From the NCBI GenBank assembly GCA_046726415.1, contig JBKPAK010000258.1, forward strand, positions 1 to 11,382: 11,382 nt of DNA. Direction: 5' to 3'. This DNA is from Candidatus Methylomirabilota bacterium (lineage in GTDB: Bacteria; Methylomirabilota; Methylomirabilia; Rokubacteriales; CSP1-6). The notes beneath the pieces were generated by a model. That model worked only from the letters and a program-made list of their open reading frames with translations, searched no databases and was not told where the DNA came from. This document shows, one piece after another, positions 1-7,600 of the stretch (position 1 is the first letter of the stretch; each line of letters starts with the position of its first letter). The translations under genes and the position numbers were made by a program.

Positions 1-1
1 C

Positions 2-247
2 GTCGAAGGACGGATCTCCGGCATCGGCAAGACCATCCGCATCAAGTCCATCCACGTCCACTACGACCTCGCCGTGCCGCCTGACGCGCGAGGGGCGACG
101 GAGCGCGCCCTCGCCCTGCACCCTCTGGGGTGCCCCGCGCACCAGAGCGTGAAGGACGCGATTGAGATCACCTGGGACGCCACCGTGCGCGCGGGCGACG
201 AGATCGTGTCGCTCTCCAGCGAGGACCCCCATGCCGCTACCGCCTAG
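2..247 (+). CDS. OsmC/Ohr-like protein, 3' part (5' end outside window)
   Basis: Frame 2 reads VEGRISGIGKTIRIKSIHVHYDLAVPPDARGATERALALHPLGCPAHQSVKDAIEITWDATVRAGDEIVSLSSEDPHAATA*, stop TAG 245-247. The 'I.I..I.V.Y' strand, helix and 'CP...SV' resolving-Cys motif match the OsmC C-terminal half. Absent from the ORF track because its start is outside the window. Confidence 0.75.
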   Translation, partial: VEGRISGIGKTIRIKSIHVHYDLAVPPDARGATERALALHPLGCPAHQSVKDAIEITWDATVRAGDEIVSLSSEDPHAATA

Positions 248-698
248 AGACTTCCGCGCGATCGGGCCGAACATGGGCGATCGCTTTCCCGACGTCCGGC
301 TGCCGGATCAGACCGGCGGCACGGTGGACCTGCACGCGGCGCGGGCCGGCGGCAAGGCCCTGGTCGTCTTCCATCGCAGTGCGGAGGGGTGACCCTTCTG
401 CAATTCCGTGGACGTGGCCCCCATTGACGGCATGGAGCGGGGAGCTGTCCGCTGGCCCCCTCCGCGCCGATTCACTATCGATGGGCTGCCGGAGGAGTTC
501 TGGGTCCACGAGGGGACGATATGCGGGTCGCTGCCCCTCACCTTCACAGCCGCTCCCGGGGGCCGGCGATCACGTGCTCCAGGTCACGGTCACCTACCAG
601 GCGTGCAGCCGGGTCGCCTGCTTGCCACCCTCGGCGCTACGCCTCGAATTTCCCGTCGGGAAGTCGCCCTCGTGACGACGCGAGGAGAGCGATCTTGA
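231..698 (+). pseudogene. AhpC/TSA-redoxin selenoprotein (UxxC) N-terminus fused to a DsbD N-terminal-like domain; internally deleted and frameshifted
   Basis: ATG 231 gives MPLPPRDFRAIGPNMGDRFPDVRLPDQTGGTVDLHAARAGGKALVVFHRSAEG-TGA(390-392)-PFC, a redoxin N-terminus with TGA at the first Cys position of CxxC. The same frame continues SVDVAPIDG..VRWPPPRRFTIDGLPEEFWVHEG. The +1 frame (~562-657) holds VLQVTVTYQACSRVACLPP (DsbD-N motif). The original frame resumes REVALV to TGA 696-698. Confidence 0.7.
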
Positions 699-705
699 CC
701 AGCGC

Positions 706-2064
706 TCATTTGAGCACTCTCGGTAGCCAGAGAGCGACGTCGGGGAAAATCATCATGATGACGACGCCGGCCATGTAGATCAGCACGAACGGCATGACCC
801 CGATGAACACGTCGGTGATGGGGCCGGGCCGGATCCGCATGCCCTGGAGCACGTACATCACGGTGCCATCCGGCGGGCTGATCATCGCGATCTCCATCAG
901 CATCGTGACGATGACGCCGAACCAGATGGGATCGTACCCGAGGGCCAGCACGACCGGGAAGACCACCGGAAGCGTCGTAATGATCATTGAGACGCCTTCC
1001 ATGAACGTCCCCAGGGCCAGGTAGAAGCCGATGATGATGGCCATGACGCCCCACGCCGGCAACGGGAGGGATTTCACCAGCTCGGCCAGGGTCTGGGGCA
1101 GCCGGATCTGCGAGAGGACGTAGTTGAGCACGAAGCCGGCGAGGATGATGAGGCAGATGAGGCTCGTAGTCCGGGCAGTGGCCTGGGCTGAGGCGTGAAG
1201 CACCTTCACGGTGAGCTTCCGGTCCAACGCGGCGAAGATCATGGCGCCCACGACGCCCAGCGCCGCCGCTTCGGTGGGGGTGGCGAGACCCGCGTAGATG
1301 CTGCCCAGGACGAGGAAGATCAGCACCGACGTCGGCCCCAGGTCCCGGAGACTGGCCAGCCGCGCCCGCCACGTCACGCCCTGGGGGCGTACATCCTCGC
1401 CGCGGAAGGTGAGGCTGTACGCAAGGATGACCAACATGAACAATCCAGCCAGCATGAACCCTGGGATGAACGCAGCAAGATAGAGCTTCCCCACCGACGT
1501 CTCGGTGATGAGCCCGTAGATGATGAAGGAGATGCCTGGCGGGATCAGGTTGCCGAGCGCGCCACCGGCGGCCAGCGAGCCCAGCACCATGCGCTGGCTG
1601 TACCTCGTCCGCTCGAAGTAGGGCAGGGCCACGGATCCGATGGTCGCGGCTGTGGCCACGCTGGAGCCGGCGATCGCCGAGAAGACCGCGCAGGAGACGA
1701 TGTTCGTGTGGAGCAGGCCGCCGGGAAGGCCACCGAACCAGAGGTTGAGGGCCCGGTAGAGCCGTTCGGAGAGCCCCGAGCGGAGCAGGATCTCGCCCAT
1801 CAAGAGGAAGAGCGGGACCGCCACCAGGACGAAATTCACGCTCGGAATCCAGGTCGCCTCGCCCATGAAGAGATAGAGCGGCCGCCCCGAATAGACGAAG
1901 CCGGCTACCAGCCCCAGCATCCCCAGCGCGGCCGCGATGTAGATGCCGGCGCAGAAGAACACGAGGAACACGAGGGAGAGGACCACGAGGCTGCCTACCG
2001 CCCCGCCCGGGGCCAGGAACATCATGACCACCAAGAGGATGAGGAGGAAGAGGATGGTGATCAT
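706..2064 (-). CDS. dctM: TRAP transporter large permease subunit
   Basis: 452-aa hydrophobic ORF with DctM motifs AVPLFLLMGEIL, GGLPGGLLHTNI..FSAIAGSSVATAATIG, GALGNLIPP, GLATPTEAAA, LGYDPIWFG, ISPP. Start overlaps the dctQ stop (ATGA at 2061-2064). Confidence 0.95.
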   Translation of the reverse strand: MITILFLLILLVVMMFLAPGGAVGSLVVLSLVFLVFFCAGIYIAAALGMLGLVAGFVYSGRPLYLFMGEATWIPSVNFVLVAVPLFLLMGEILLRSGLSERLYRALNLWFGGLPGGLLHTNIVSCAVFSAIAGSSVATAATIGSVALPYFERTRYSQRMVLGSLAAGGALGNLIPPGISFIIYGLITETSVGKLYLAAFIPGFMLAGLFMLVILAYSLTFRGEDVRPQGVTWRARLASLRDLGPTSVLIFLVLGSIYAGLATPTEAAALGVVGAMIFAALDRKLTVKVLHASAQATARTTSLICLIILAGFVLNYVLSQIRLPQTLAELVKSLPLPAWGVMAIIIGFYLALGTFMEGVSMIITTLPVVFPVVLALGYDPIWFGVIVTMLMEIAMISPPDGTVMYVLQGMRIRPGPITDVFIGVMPFVLIYMAGVVIMMIFPDVALWLPRVLK

Positions 2065-2699
2065 GACTTTGCCTCGGCCTCCACATCCGACATGTGGGCG
2101 GCCTCCAACGCCTCGGAGGCCTCCTCCTGGAGAGTGCGAGGACCGAGCAGCCGGTCGATCACGTCACTCCGGCCCAGCGCGAGCAGCACGAGCACCTCAA
2201 GCCACATCACCAGCGTGAGCGCAAAGAACAGGGTGATGCCCAGAGCCCACGCGCCCTGCGGATAGGCCAGCGGAACCGACAGCGCGCTCGAGTCGTGGGT
2301 GTTGAAATCCCACGAATCCTGGACCACCGCCCAGGCGCGCCAGCTCAGGAAGAAGCCGAGGACCCCGAGAAACGTGAGCGCGAGCGCATGCATCCAGGCC
2401 CGAACCCCGAGCGGCATCTTCGAGACGAGCACGTCGACCCGGATGTGGGCCCGGCTGGTGAGCGCCTCAGTCAAGCCCCACGCGATCCCGAGCGCGAGCA
2501 TGTAGCCGGTCAGCTCGACGGTCGCCTTCGAGCTGATGCCGAAGAACTTTCGGCCGACCACGTCGAACGTGACGAACAGCGAGCAGACGATGAAGAGCCA
2601 GCCGGCGGCGACGTTGAGGAGCCCTCCCAGGCGGTCGAGCGACAGGCGCAGGCGATCAAGGAGGGCGCTGAGCGCGTTGAACTCTAGCCGGGGCCTCAT
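2061..2699 (-). CDS. dctQ: TRAP transporter small permease subunit
   Basis: Four predicted TM segments, 'DVVGRKFF', 'ELTGYML' and 'HIRVD' motifs; lies between the SBP and dctM genes. Exact start uncertain (no clear SD). Confidence 0.92.
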   Translation of the reverse strand: MRPRLEFNALSALLDRLRLSLDRLGGLLNVAAGWLFIVCSLFVTFDVVGRKFFGISSKATVELTGYMLALGIAWGLTEALTSRAHIRVDVLVSKMPLGVRAWMHALALTFLGVLGFFLSWRAWAVVQDSWDFNTHDSSALSVPLAYPQGAWALGITLFFALTLVMWLEVLVLLALGRSDVIDRLLGPRTLQEEASEALEAAHMSDVEAEAKS

Positions 2700-2763
2700 G
2701 CGGCGAACGACGGAAGCCCGAACCCGGCGCTCTCCGTTCCAGACTCGCGGAGTCGGGGCGGCG

Positions 2764-3846
2764 CTACCGGGTCGTGGATTTCACGCCGGCGATCGGCGCC
2801 ACGACCTGATTGAAGACGTCGTTGCACTTCGCGCCACAGCGCTTCACCCATGCCGGCAACACGGCCTCGGCCAGCAGGCGCCTCAGCAGCTCGCGGTCGG
2901 CGTCGGTCGCCTTCACCTCAGTCATTGGCTTGTCCTTGGCGGGGGTGCCGACCTTGCAGCCCGGGCGAGCCGAGTTACAGTCAATGCCGTCCTGAGTCAG
3001 CTCCACGCCCCCGAACTGCCACTGGCGGTCTGACAGCTCCTTCCACGTGTCCTCGAGGAACTTCCGCACCGGTGGGTCAAGCTTGTTCCACCAGGTCAAG
3101 TTCGTGAAGTAGCCGGACACCGACCACGACAACGGCAGCGTGTATTGGTGCGTCGTGACCTCGTACCACTTGGCCGCGTTGCCGCTGCCCGAGCCCGTAA
3201 TCGCGCAGTCGACCACCCCGCGCTCCAGCGCCGTGTAGGTTTCGGCATAGGCGAGGCTCACCGGGGTTGCCCCCAAGGCGGTCATCAGGTCGTTGAGCGA
3301 CGGGCCGAACGTGCGCACCCTGCGCCCCTTGACGTCGGCAAGACCCTTGAGCGGGCCGCGGCAGAAGAGGATCTGGGCCGGGTACGGGAACGTCCCGATG
3401 ATCTTGACGTTGACGCGCTCGAGATCCTTGTTGACGACGGGAACGAGCGCGTCGAGGACCTTCCGTCCCTGCTCGACGGTGGGGTTCAGGCCGGCCAGGT
3501 CGCCGGCGTCGAGCACCGGGACGTCCTGGGCGATATACGTCAGCGCCGAGCTGCCGATGTCGATCTGGCCCTGGCGCGCCATCCGTACGATCTCGTACCC
3601 GGTGATGCCCATCTCGCTCCAAGTGCTGCCCTTCACCTCGATGCGCCCCCCGCTGCGCTGTGGGATGAGCTCCTTGTGGTAGACCGCGTCGAGCTTGGCG
3701 TACTGGGGGTGGGTCGGGATCGGGTGCACGACGACGGTCATCGTGAGCTTGGGCCCTGGCGGCACGGCGGCCTGGGCCTGAGCGACATCAGGATCCGAGC
3801 TCACTGTGAGGGCGACGAGGACGGCGAGCAGAGCCAAGCCACGCAT
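2764..3846 (-). CDS. dctP: TRAP transporter substrate-binding protein
   Basis: N-terminal signal peptide (MRGLALLAVLVALTV..AQA), 'LADVKGRRVR', 'LGATPVSLAYAETYTALERGVVDCAIT', 'KWYEV' motifs; SD-like AGGAGG upstream of the ATG. Confidence 0.93.
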   Translation of the reverse strand: MRGLALLAVLVALTVSSDPDVAQAQAAVPPGPKLTMTVVVHPIPTHPQYAKLDAVYHKELIPQRSGGRIEVKGSTWSEMGITGYEIVRMARQGQIDIGSSALTYIAQDVPVLDAGDLAGLNPTVEQGRKVLDALVPVVNKDLERVNVKIIGTFPYPAQILFCRGPLKGLADVKGRRVRTFGPSLNDLMTALGATPVSLAYAETYTALERGVVDCAITGSGSGNAAKWYEVTTHQYTLPLSWSVSGYFTNLTWWNKLDPPVRKFLEDTWKELSDRQWQFGGVELTQDGIDCNSARPGCKVGTPAKDKPMTEVKATDADRELLRRLLAEAVLPAWVKRCGAKCNDVFNQVVAPIAGVKSTTR

Positions 3847-3899
3847 GGATTCCCTCCTGTGAGTCCACCGAGGGAGGAACCGACTCCTCAGAGGCCGCT

Positions 3900-3929
3900 A
3901 GACTAGGCGGCTGTTCTGCAGCGTGTCAA
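3900..3929 (-). promoter_or_regulatory. Putative sigma70 promoter of dctPQM
   Basis: Minus strand TTGACA (3929-3924), 18-nt spacer, TAGTCT (3905-3900), ~55 nt upstream of the dctP ATG. Confidence 0.6.
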
Positions 3930-4031
3930 GGCGCTTCTCATGGCTTTCCGGGGCTCGCTTTCGAGGCATTTCGATCGCCTCGCTGTCGCTGGAGGATCGA
4001 CCTCGCGCGGCCGGCCTCGACACCGAGAGGT

Positions 4032-4190
4032 CTATCGCGTGGTCGCGCTAGTCGTCGGCGCCGGAAACGGGACACACCCGACGTTGACACTTCCAAGAAT
4101 GCGAATGTAAGTCCCGGTGAGCGTGAACCTGTAGCCCTTCTTCCCGTTCTCCTCGAAGGGGGGCTCACACACCACGTTGACGTCGAGCTT
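4032..4190 (-). pseudogene. C-terminal remnant of a large serine recombinase/integrase-like protein
   Basis: Start-less minus frame KLDVNVVCEPPFEENGKKGYRFTLTGTYIRILGSVNVGCVP...* (TAG 4034-4032) resembles the 'KLL.G.I.C.P.E..G..GYRF...GTY..L' tail recalled from recombinase-family proteins. No catalytic domain present. Confidence 0.5.
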
Positions 4191-4223
4191 GCCCCGTCGC
4201 GAAAGGCCCTCGCCCGTGAATCC

Positions 4224-4523
4224 CTATCGATCGTCCACGGCCTTCACCGTGCTCAGGTACTCGACGAAGACACGTCGAACGAGCGCGACGCGGCTGGCGA
4301 CGCCCACCTTGCGGTACAGACGTTCGATATGGGTGTGAACCGTGTGCGGAGAAATCCCGAGGTGGTCCGCGATCACGGATTCTTTTTGGTCGTCAAACAG
4401 GGCCTGAACGATCTGAAACTCGCGCTGGGACAACCCGAGGGAACCTGTGAGGCGGCACCAGGTCTCGTTGGAGAACATCAAGCGTCCGAAAGACCGCGTG
4501 GATCGTGTGCTCTGCAGTCTCAT
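4224..4523 (-). CDS. Stand-alone LuxR/GerE-type HTH transcriptional regulator
   Basis: LSQREFQIVQALFDDQKESVIADHLGISPHTVHTHIERLYRKVGVASR matches the LuxR C-terminal HTH consensus. No receiver or sensor domain. Start uncertain (ATG 4523 or 4478). Confidence 0.85.
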   Translation of the reverse strand: MRLQSTRSTRSFGRLMFSNETWCRLTGSLGLSQREFQIVQALFDDQKESVIADHLGISPHTVHTHIERLYRKVGVASRVALVRRVFVEYLSTVKAVDDR

Positions 4524-4544
4524 TGGGGGACGCGTGGCATCCCG

Positions 4545-4975
4545 CGCACCTCGACGGCGAGACCGGCGCTGGACCAATGTGCTAGTCCGGCTTGTGCACG
4601 AAGGCTTTGAAGCCTCCGTGACCGATCAGCGGCGCAGCGGTGGTGAGACGAAGGATCCACCGTATCTGCTGTGCACGCAGTTGGCTGAGCGGGCCGTGAC
4701 GCAGGGGCGAGAACCTCCCGAGCAGCCACCGTGCCCAGTCAGCCGACCACAGGAGCGCCCTTGGCATCGGGAAGTTGCCGGCGCGCTCGAGCAACTTCCA
4801 TATCGGCTCCAGCGATAGCGGGCGCAGGCGGGCCTTCTTAAAGCCCCAGAACACCATCCGAAGCGGCACGGGCGGGAGAAGCCGGAAGAGGGTGAGCACC
4901 CCAATGGAGATATCTATCGTGCCGATTACAGGCATCAGCGCCACGCCCAGGCCTCGACCGATCCGGCACTAAGGA
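4545..4975 (-). pseudogene. Decayed conserved membrane protein (GHG-motif, DoxX-like)
   Basis: LMPVIGTIDISIGVLTLF..MVFWGF..ARLRPLS.EPIWKLLERAGNF..P.ALL and WILRLTTAAPLIGHGGF.AFVHKPD* resemble a family of hypothetical membrane proteins. Upstream 'EAWAWR' is out of frame with 'LMP', TAG at 4584-4582 truncates it, and charged/Pro residues interrupt the TM segments. Confidence 0.55.
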
Positions 4976-6007
4976 ACGGGGCAGCACCAGCGGAGATTGT
5001 CGACCGGTGCGATGGTCGATGCCAGGCGCGCGTGAAGGCGAGCGATCTGCTCACGACATCGTCTAGACTCTCGAGCCCCCGTACAGGCATCGCCGCCCCT
5101 CTTCTGCCGTACAGCCAGCCGCCGTCGGACTCGACTCAACTCGGTGGCGAATCTTCCGAAGAGCGAACTCCACCCGACCCCGGAGCAGGCAACTTCTGTG
5201 CCGCGTGGGAATTCAATAGAAGCAACGGCCTATATCCGTGGGGGCGGTGGTGTTCAGATGGCGGACTGCGCGAATAACCACCACCAGCGAGCCGAGTCTG
5301 ACTCGCGATCCAGCAACTGCCCGCAGGGCCAGACTTCCGGACCGTAACAAAAACAGCCAGGCGAGTCCGAAAATATGCAGATCTTGTCACTGACCTCAGC
5401 CATCTGACCACTATGTGTGTGTCCTACCGATTCACGGTCGTGTGCACGTTCGCGTCGCCAACCGTGGACAGCCCTGTCCCGAAGGGGGGCTGTCTCGCGC
5501 TAGCTGATCAGCTGGTCCGACCGCTCTTCGCCTGTCAGCCTCGCAGGCCGCTCCACTATCGAACGATACTGCAAAAACTATCTTTCGGTGAATGGCCAAG
5601 ACGAGGCGCGCTGCAGTAGTTTCGCTGCACGCAATGTAACGCTCGGCGGAGCGAGTCGGCGAATCCAGAGTCGCCAGGCTAGACAAAGCATTGCTGGGAA
5701 GTAGACGTCCATCGTCAGTGCCGGAGGGGACCAGATCCCATGCGTTTGGAACATCCTCAAAAGGTGCTTGAGATGCGTCCAATGCGACGCTATGATGTCG
5801 CACTCGTCGCTCGTTCAAGGCAAAGGGCATGGCCTTCCCAAGCGATCGTCCGTCGTGGCGCTGTGAGTTCCCCACTACTGGCTACGCAACTTACCGGACG
5901 AATAGCTATACGAGGCCGCCAGCGGCCTGCAGGCTCCGCCCAGGCCGCGTTGGGGCTCACGTTTCCCGAAAATGAAACATCGTAACAGCCGTCGTTACGC
6001 CATAGGT

Positions 6008-6260
6008 CTTCCCGGCGACAACTTCAGCCAAGCCTTGGCGGTGAACGCCAGTGGCCAGGTTGTCGGCTTCAGCACCACCGTCACCCCCGATGGCAATACC
6101 GGGACGCGTGCGGTCTTGTGGACGCCGACAGGCCAGACCGACGAGGCTGGCCTGCCCATCTATGCGCCCAGGAATCTCGGCACACTTCCCGGCGGCAGCT
6201 CCAGCCAGGCCCTCGCGGTGAACGCCAGCGGTCAGGTCGTCGGCTCCAGCACGACGGTCA
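6008..6260 (+). repeat. Imperfect direct repeat (two ~76-nt units, 177-nt period) encoding the HAF repeats
   Basis: cttcccggcgacaacttcagccaagcc..gtgaacgccagtggccaggttgtcggc (from 6008) vs cttcccggcggcagctccagccaggcc..gtgaacgccagcggtcaggtcgtcggc (from 6185). Confidence 0.85.
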
Positions 6261-6270
6261 GCTCCTTTGG
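6008..6270 (+). pseudogene. Fragment of an HAF-type extracellular repeat protein (two repeats)
   Basis: LPGDNFSQALAVNASGQVVGFS...RAVLW...NLGTLPGGSSSQALAVNASGQVVGSS is the 'LGTLPGG..S.A.AIN..GQVVG.S' HAF repeat. The enclosing ORF 5972-6406 has no signal peptide and unrelated flanks. Confidence 0.75.
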
Positions 6271-6664
6271 CAGCAGGCTAAGTTTGGTCGCCTGGGTTCC
6301 GCCATCTAGCCCACTCGATGTCCCTTCGATAGCCGACGGCCTCATAGCTGACGGCTCGACAACCGACTTCCACTCGCTCCGCCCACGCGGTTTGATGCGG
6401 CGATGACGATCCCCTGCCGTCCGTTGTCGCGTACACGCCGAGCGCCATCCGGCCGCCCGTTGCCCTCCGCGACAACGTGGTCCTGGGACAGGCTGTCAGG
6501 ACTCCCTGCAGGAAGGCATGAGGAGGCGGACAGGCGGCCTGGACAGACACGGAAGGAGGTGGGTGCGTAGCGGCCTAGTCTCTCAGCGCCGAGCCATGGC
6601 GTTGGACGACCCTGCATTCCCAAGCCAGTCGAAGCAGACTGCGGAAGTGAGGAGAAGACGGAAG

Positions 6665-7210
6665 ATGAAACGGCTAGGGATCTTCACAGCCTTGTTGACG
6701 TTGCTGACAGCCGTGTCGGCCTCGGTGGCGTTGGCCCAGGTCGCTCCGGGGACATACGACCCGAACGCAGGTAGCTTCGACTCCGCGAATGCCCCGGGCG
6801 CCTCAAACCTCAAATCGGGTGACCCCGAGTGCGTGGTTAATGCAGACCTGTCGATCGACTGTAGCGATTACGTGCTCGGGGGTGTCGGGAACACGAACGC
6901 GAACGTCGCCTTGGCAGCCAACTACACGGCGACCATCGATTGCACGAACCACGGCGGCAATCTGGTCGAGTCCCACACGGCGGTCTTTTCGGACACGAGT
7001 TCGGCCGTGGTGCCCTCGACGAGGAATGGGCAGTTGCGTGTCCCGGAGCAGTCAGTGAGTGCATTTTCGGCCCCGCAGGTCTGCCCGAATCCGAACTGGA
7101 CGCCCTCGATCCGGGCGGGGACCCTAGTGCTCCACGGATTCACGTACACGCTCACCTTCGCGGGCTTCACGTCGCCCTACATCACGATCGACGGGATCGC
7201 CGGGAATTAA
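6665..7210 (+). CDS. Secreted hypothetical protein, 181 aa, beta-rich, 4 Cys
   Basis: GAGGAG SD at ~6649-6654, ATG 6665, Sec-type signal peptide MKRLGIFTALLTLLTAVSASVALA|Q, motifs GGVGN, CTNHGGN, RNGQ, CPNPNW; followed by a terminator-like hairpin. Confidence 0.85.
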   Translation: MKRLGIFTALLTLLTAVSASVALAQVAPGTYDPNAGSFDSANAPGASNLKSGDPECVVNADLSIDCSDYVLGGVGNTNANVALAANYTATIDCTNHGGNLVESHTAVFSDTSSAVVPSTRNGQLRVPEQSVSAFSAPQVCPNPNWTPSIRAGTLVLHGFTYTLTFAGFTSPYITIDGIAGN

Positions 7211-7240
7211 CCGGTAGGCGGTGAGCCGCTAGACACGGAA

Positions 7241-7276
7241 GGGCCGGGGCTTCACAGGCTCCGGCCCCTTCTTCTT
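7241..7276 (+). terminator. Rho-independent terminator-like hairpin
   Basis: GGGCCGGGGC-TTCACAG-GCTCCGGCCC (one G-U pair) followed by CTTCTTCTT, 30 nt after the stop of 6665-7210. Confidence 0.65.
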
Positions 7277-7287
7277 GCGGCAATCGG

Positions 7288-7482
7288 GGGTTGGGAAACG
7301 AGGACCTCGACAGCCACCTGTCCGTACGAGGGTTCGCCCTCTACGAGTCGAGAATGGGGGCGGAAACACCGCACCCCGGCCCACGCCCGAGAGGGGATTC
7401 GAGACCTTCAGCCAGGTCCCTCGGCGTGGCCCCCGTGCGAAGTAAGTCTGCGTCGGCACTGGCTGACGTGTCATATGGGTAG
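7288..7482 (+). pseudogene. Degraded homologue of the 6665-7210 secreted protein
   Basis: GLGNEDLDSHLSVRGFALYE, then after a 1-nt shift at ~7349 ENGGGNTAP (cf. GVGNTNANVALAANYTATIDCTNHGGN), ending LADVSYG*. No signal peptide. Confidence 0.55.
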
Positions 7483-7533
7483 GAAAGGATCTGCCGGAGG
7501 AATACCGTCTTTCACGGGCGCGTGACGACGACC

Positions 7534-7600
7534 ATGAACATCACGACCATCGGCAGAGGAGCGATCGGAGGCGGCCTTGCATGGCTCTGGGAGCGGGGTT
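7534..7600 (+). pseudogene. N-terminal stub of an NAD(P)-binding Rossmann oxidoreductase (F420-dependent NADP oxidoreductase-like)
   Basis: MNITTIGRGAIGGGLAWLWERG contains a beta-GxGxxG-helix dinucleotide-binding start; similarity ends after ~22 codons. Confidence 0.55.

Noticed and set aside
590-2265. Long ORFs 590-2086 (-) and 1195-2265 (+)
   Set aside because: Alternative-frame and antisense shadows of dctM, expected in high-GC coding DNA; Arg/Pro/Gly-rich with no motifs.
3145-3906. 253-aa + strand ORF
   Set aside because: Antisense shadow of dctP.
6518-6664. N-terminal extension of the 230-aa ORF
   Set aside because: The SD and signal peptide point to ATG 6665 as the true start.
6545-7242. 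12-bp direct repeat AGACACGGAAGG (6545-6556 and 7231-7242) flanking the secreted-protein gene
   Set aside because: Suggestive of a cassette boundary, but a few 12-mer matches are expected by chance in 11 kb and nothing else supports it.
7385-7410. GCCCGAGAGGGGATTCGA resembling the reverse complement of a tRNA 3' end (att-like)
   Set aside because: The T-stem does not pair, the loop has an extra base, and there is no CCA or remaining cloverleaf.
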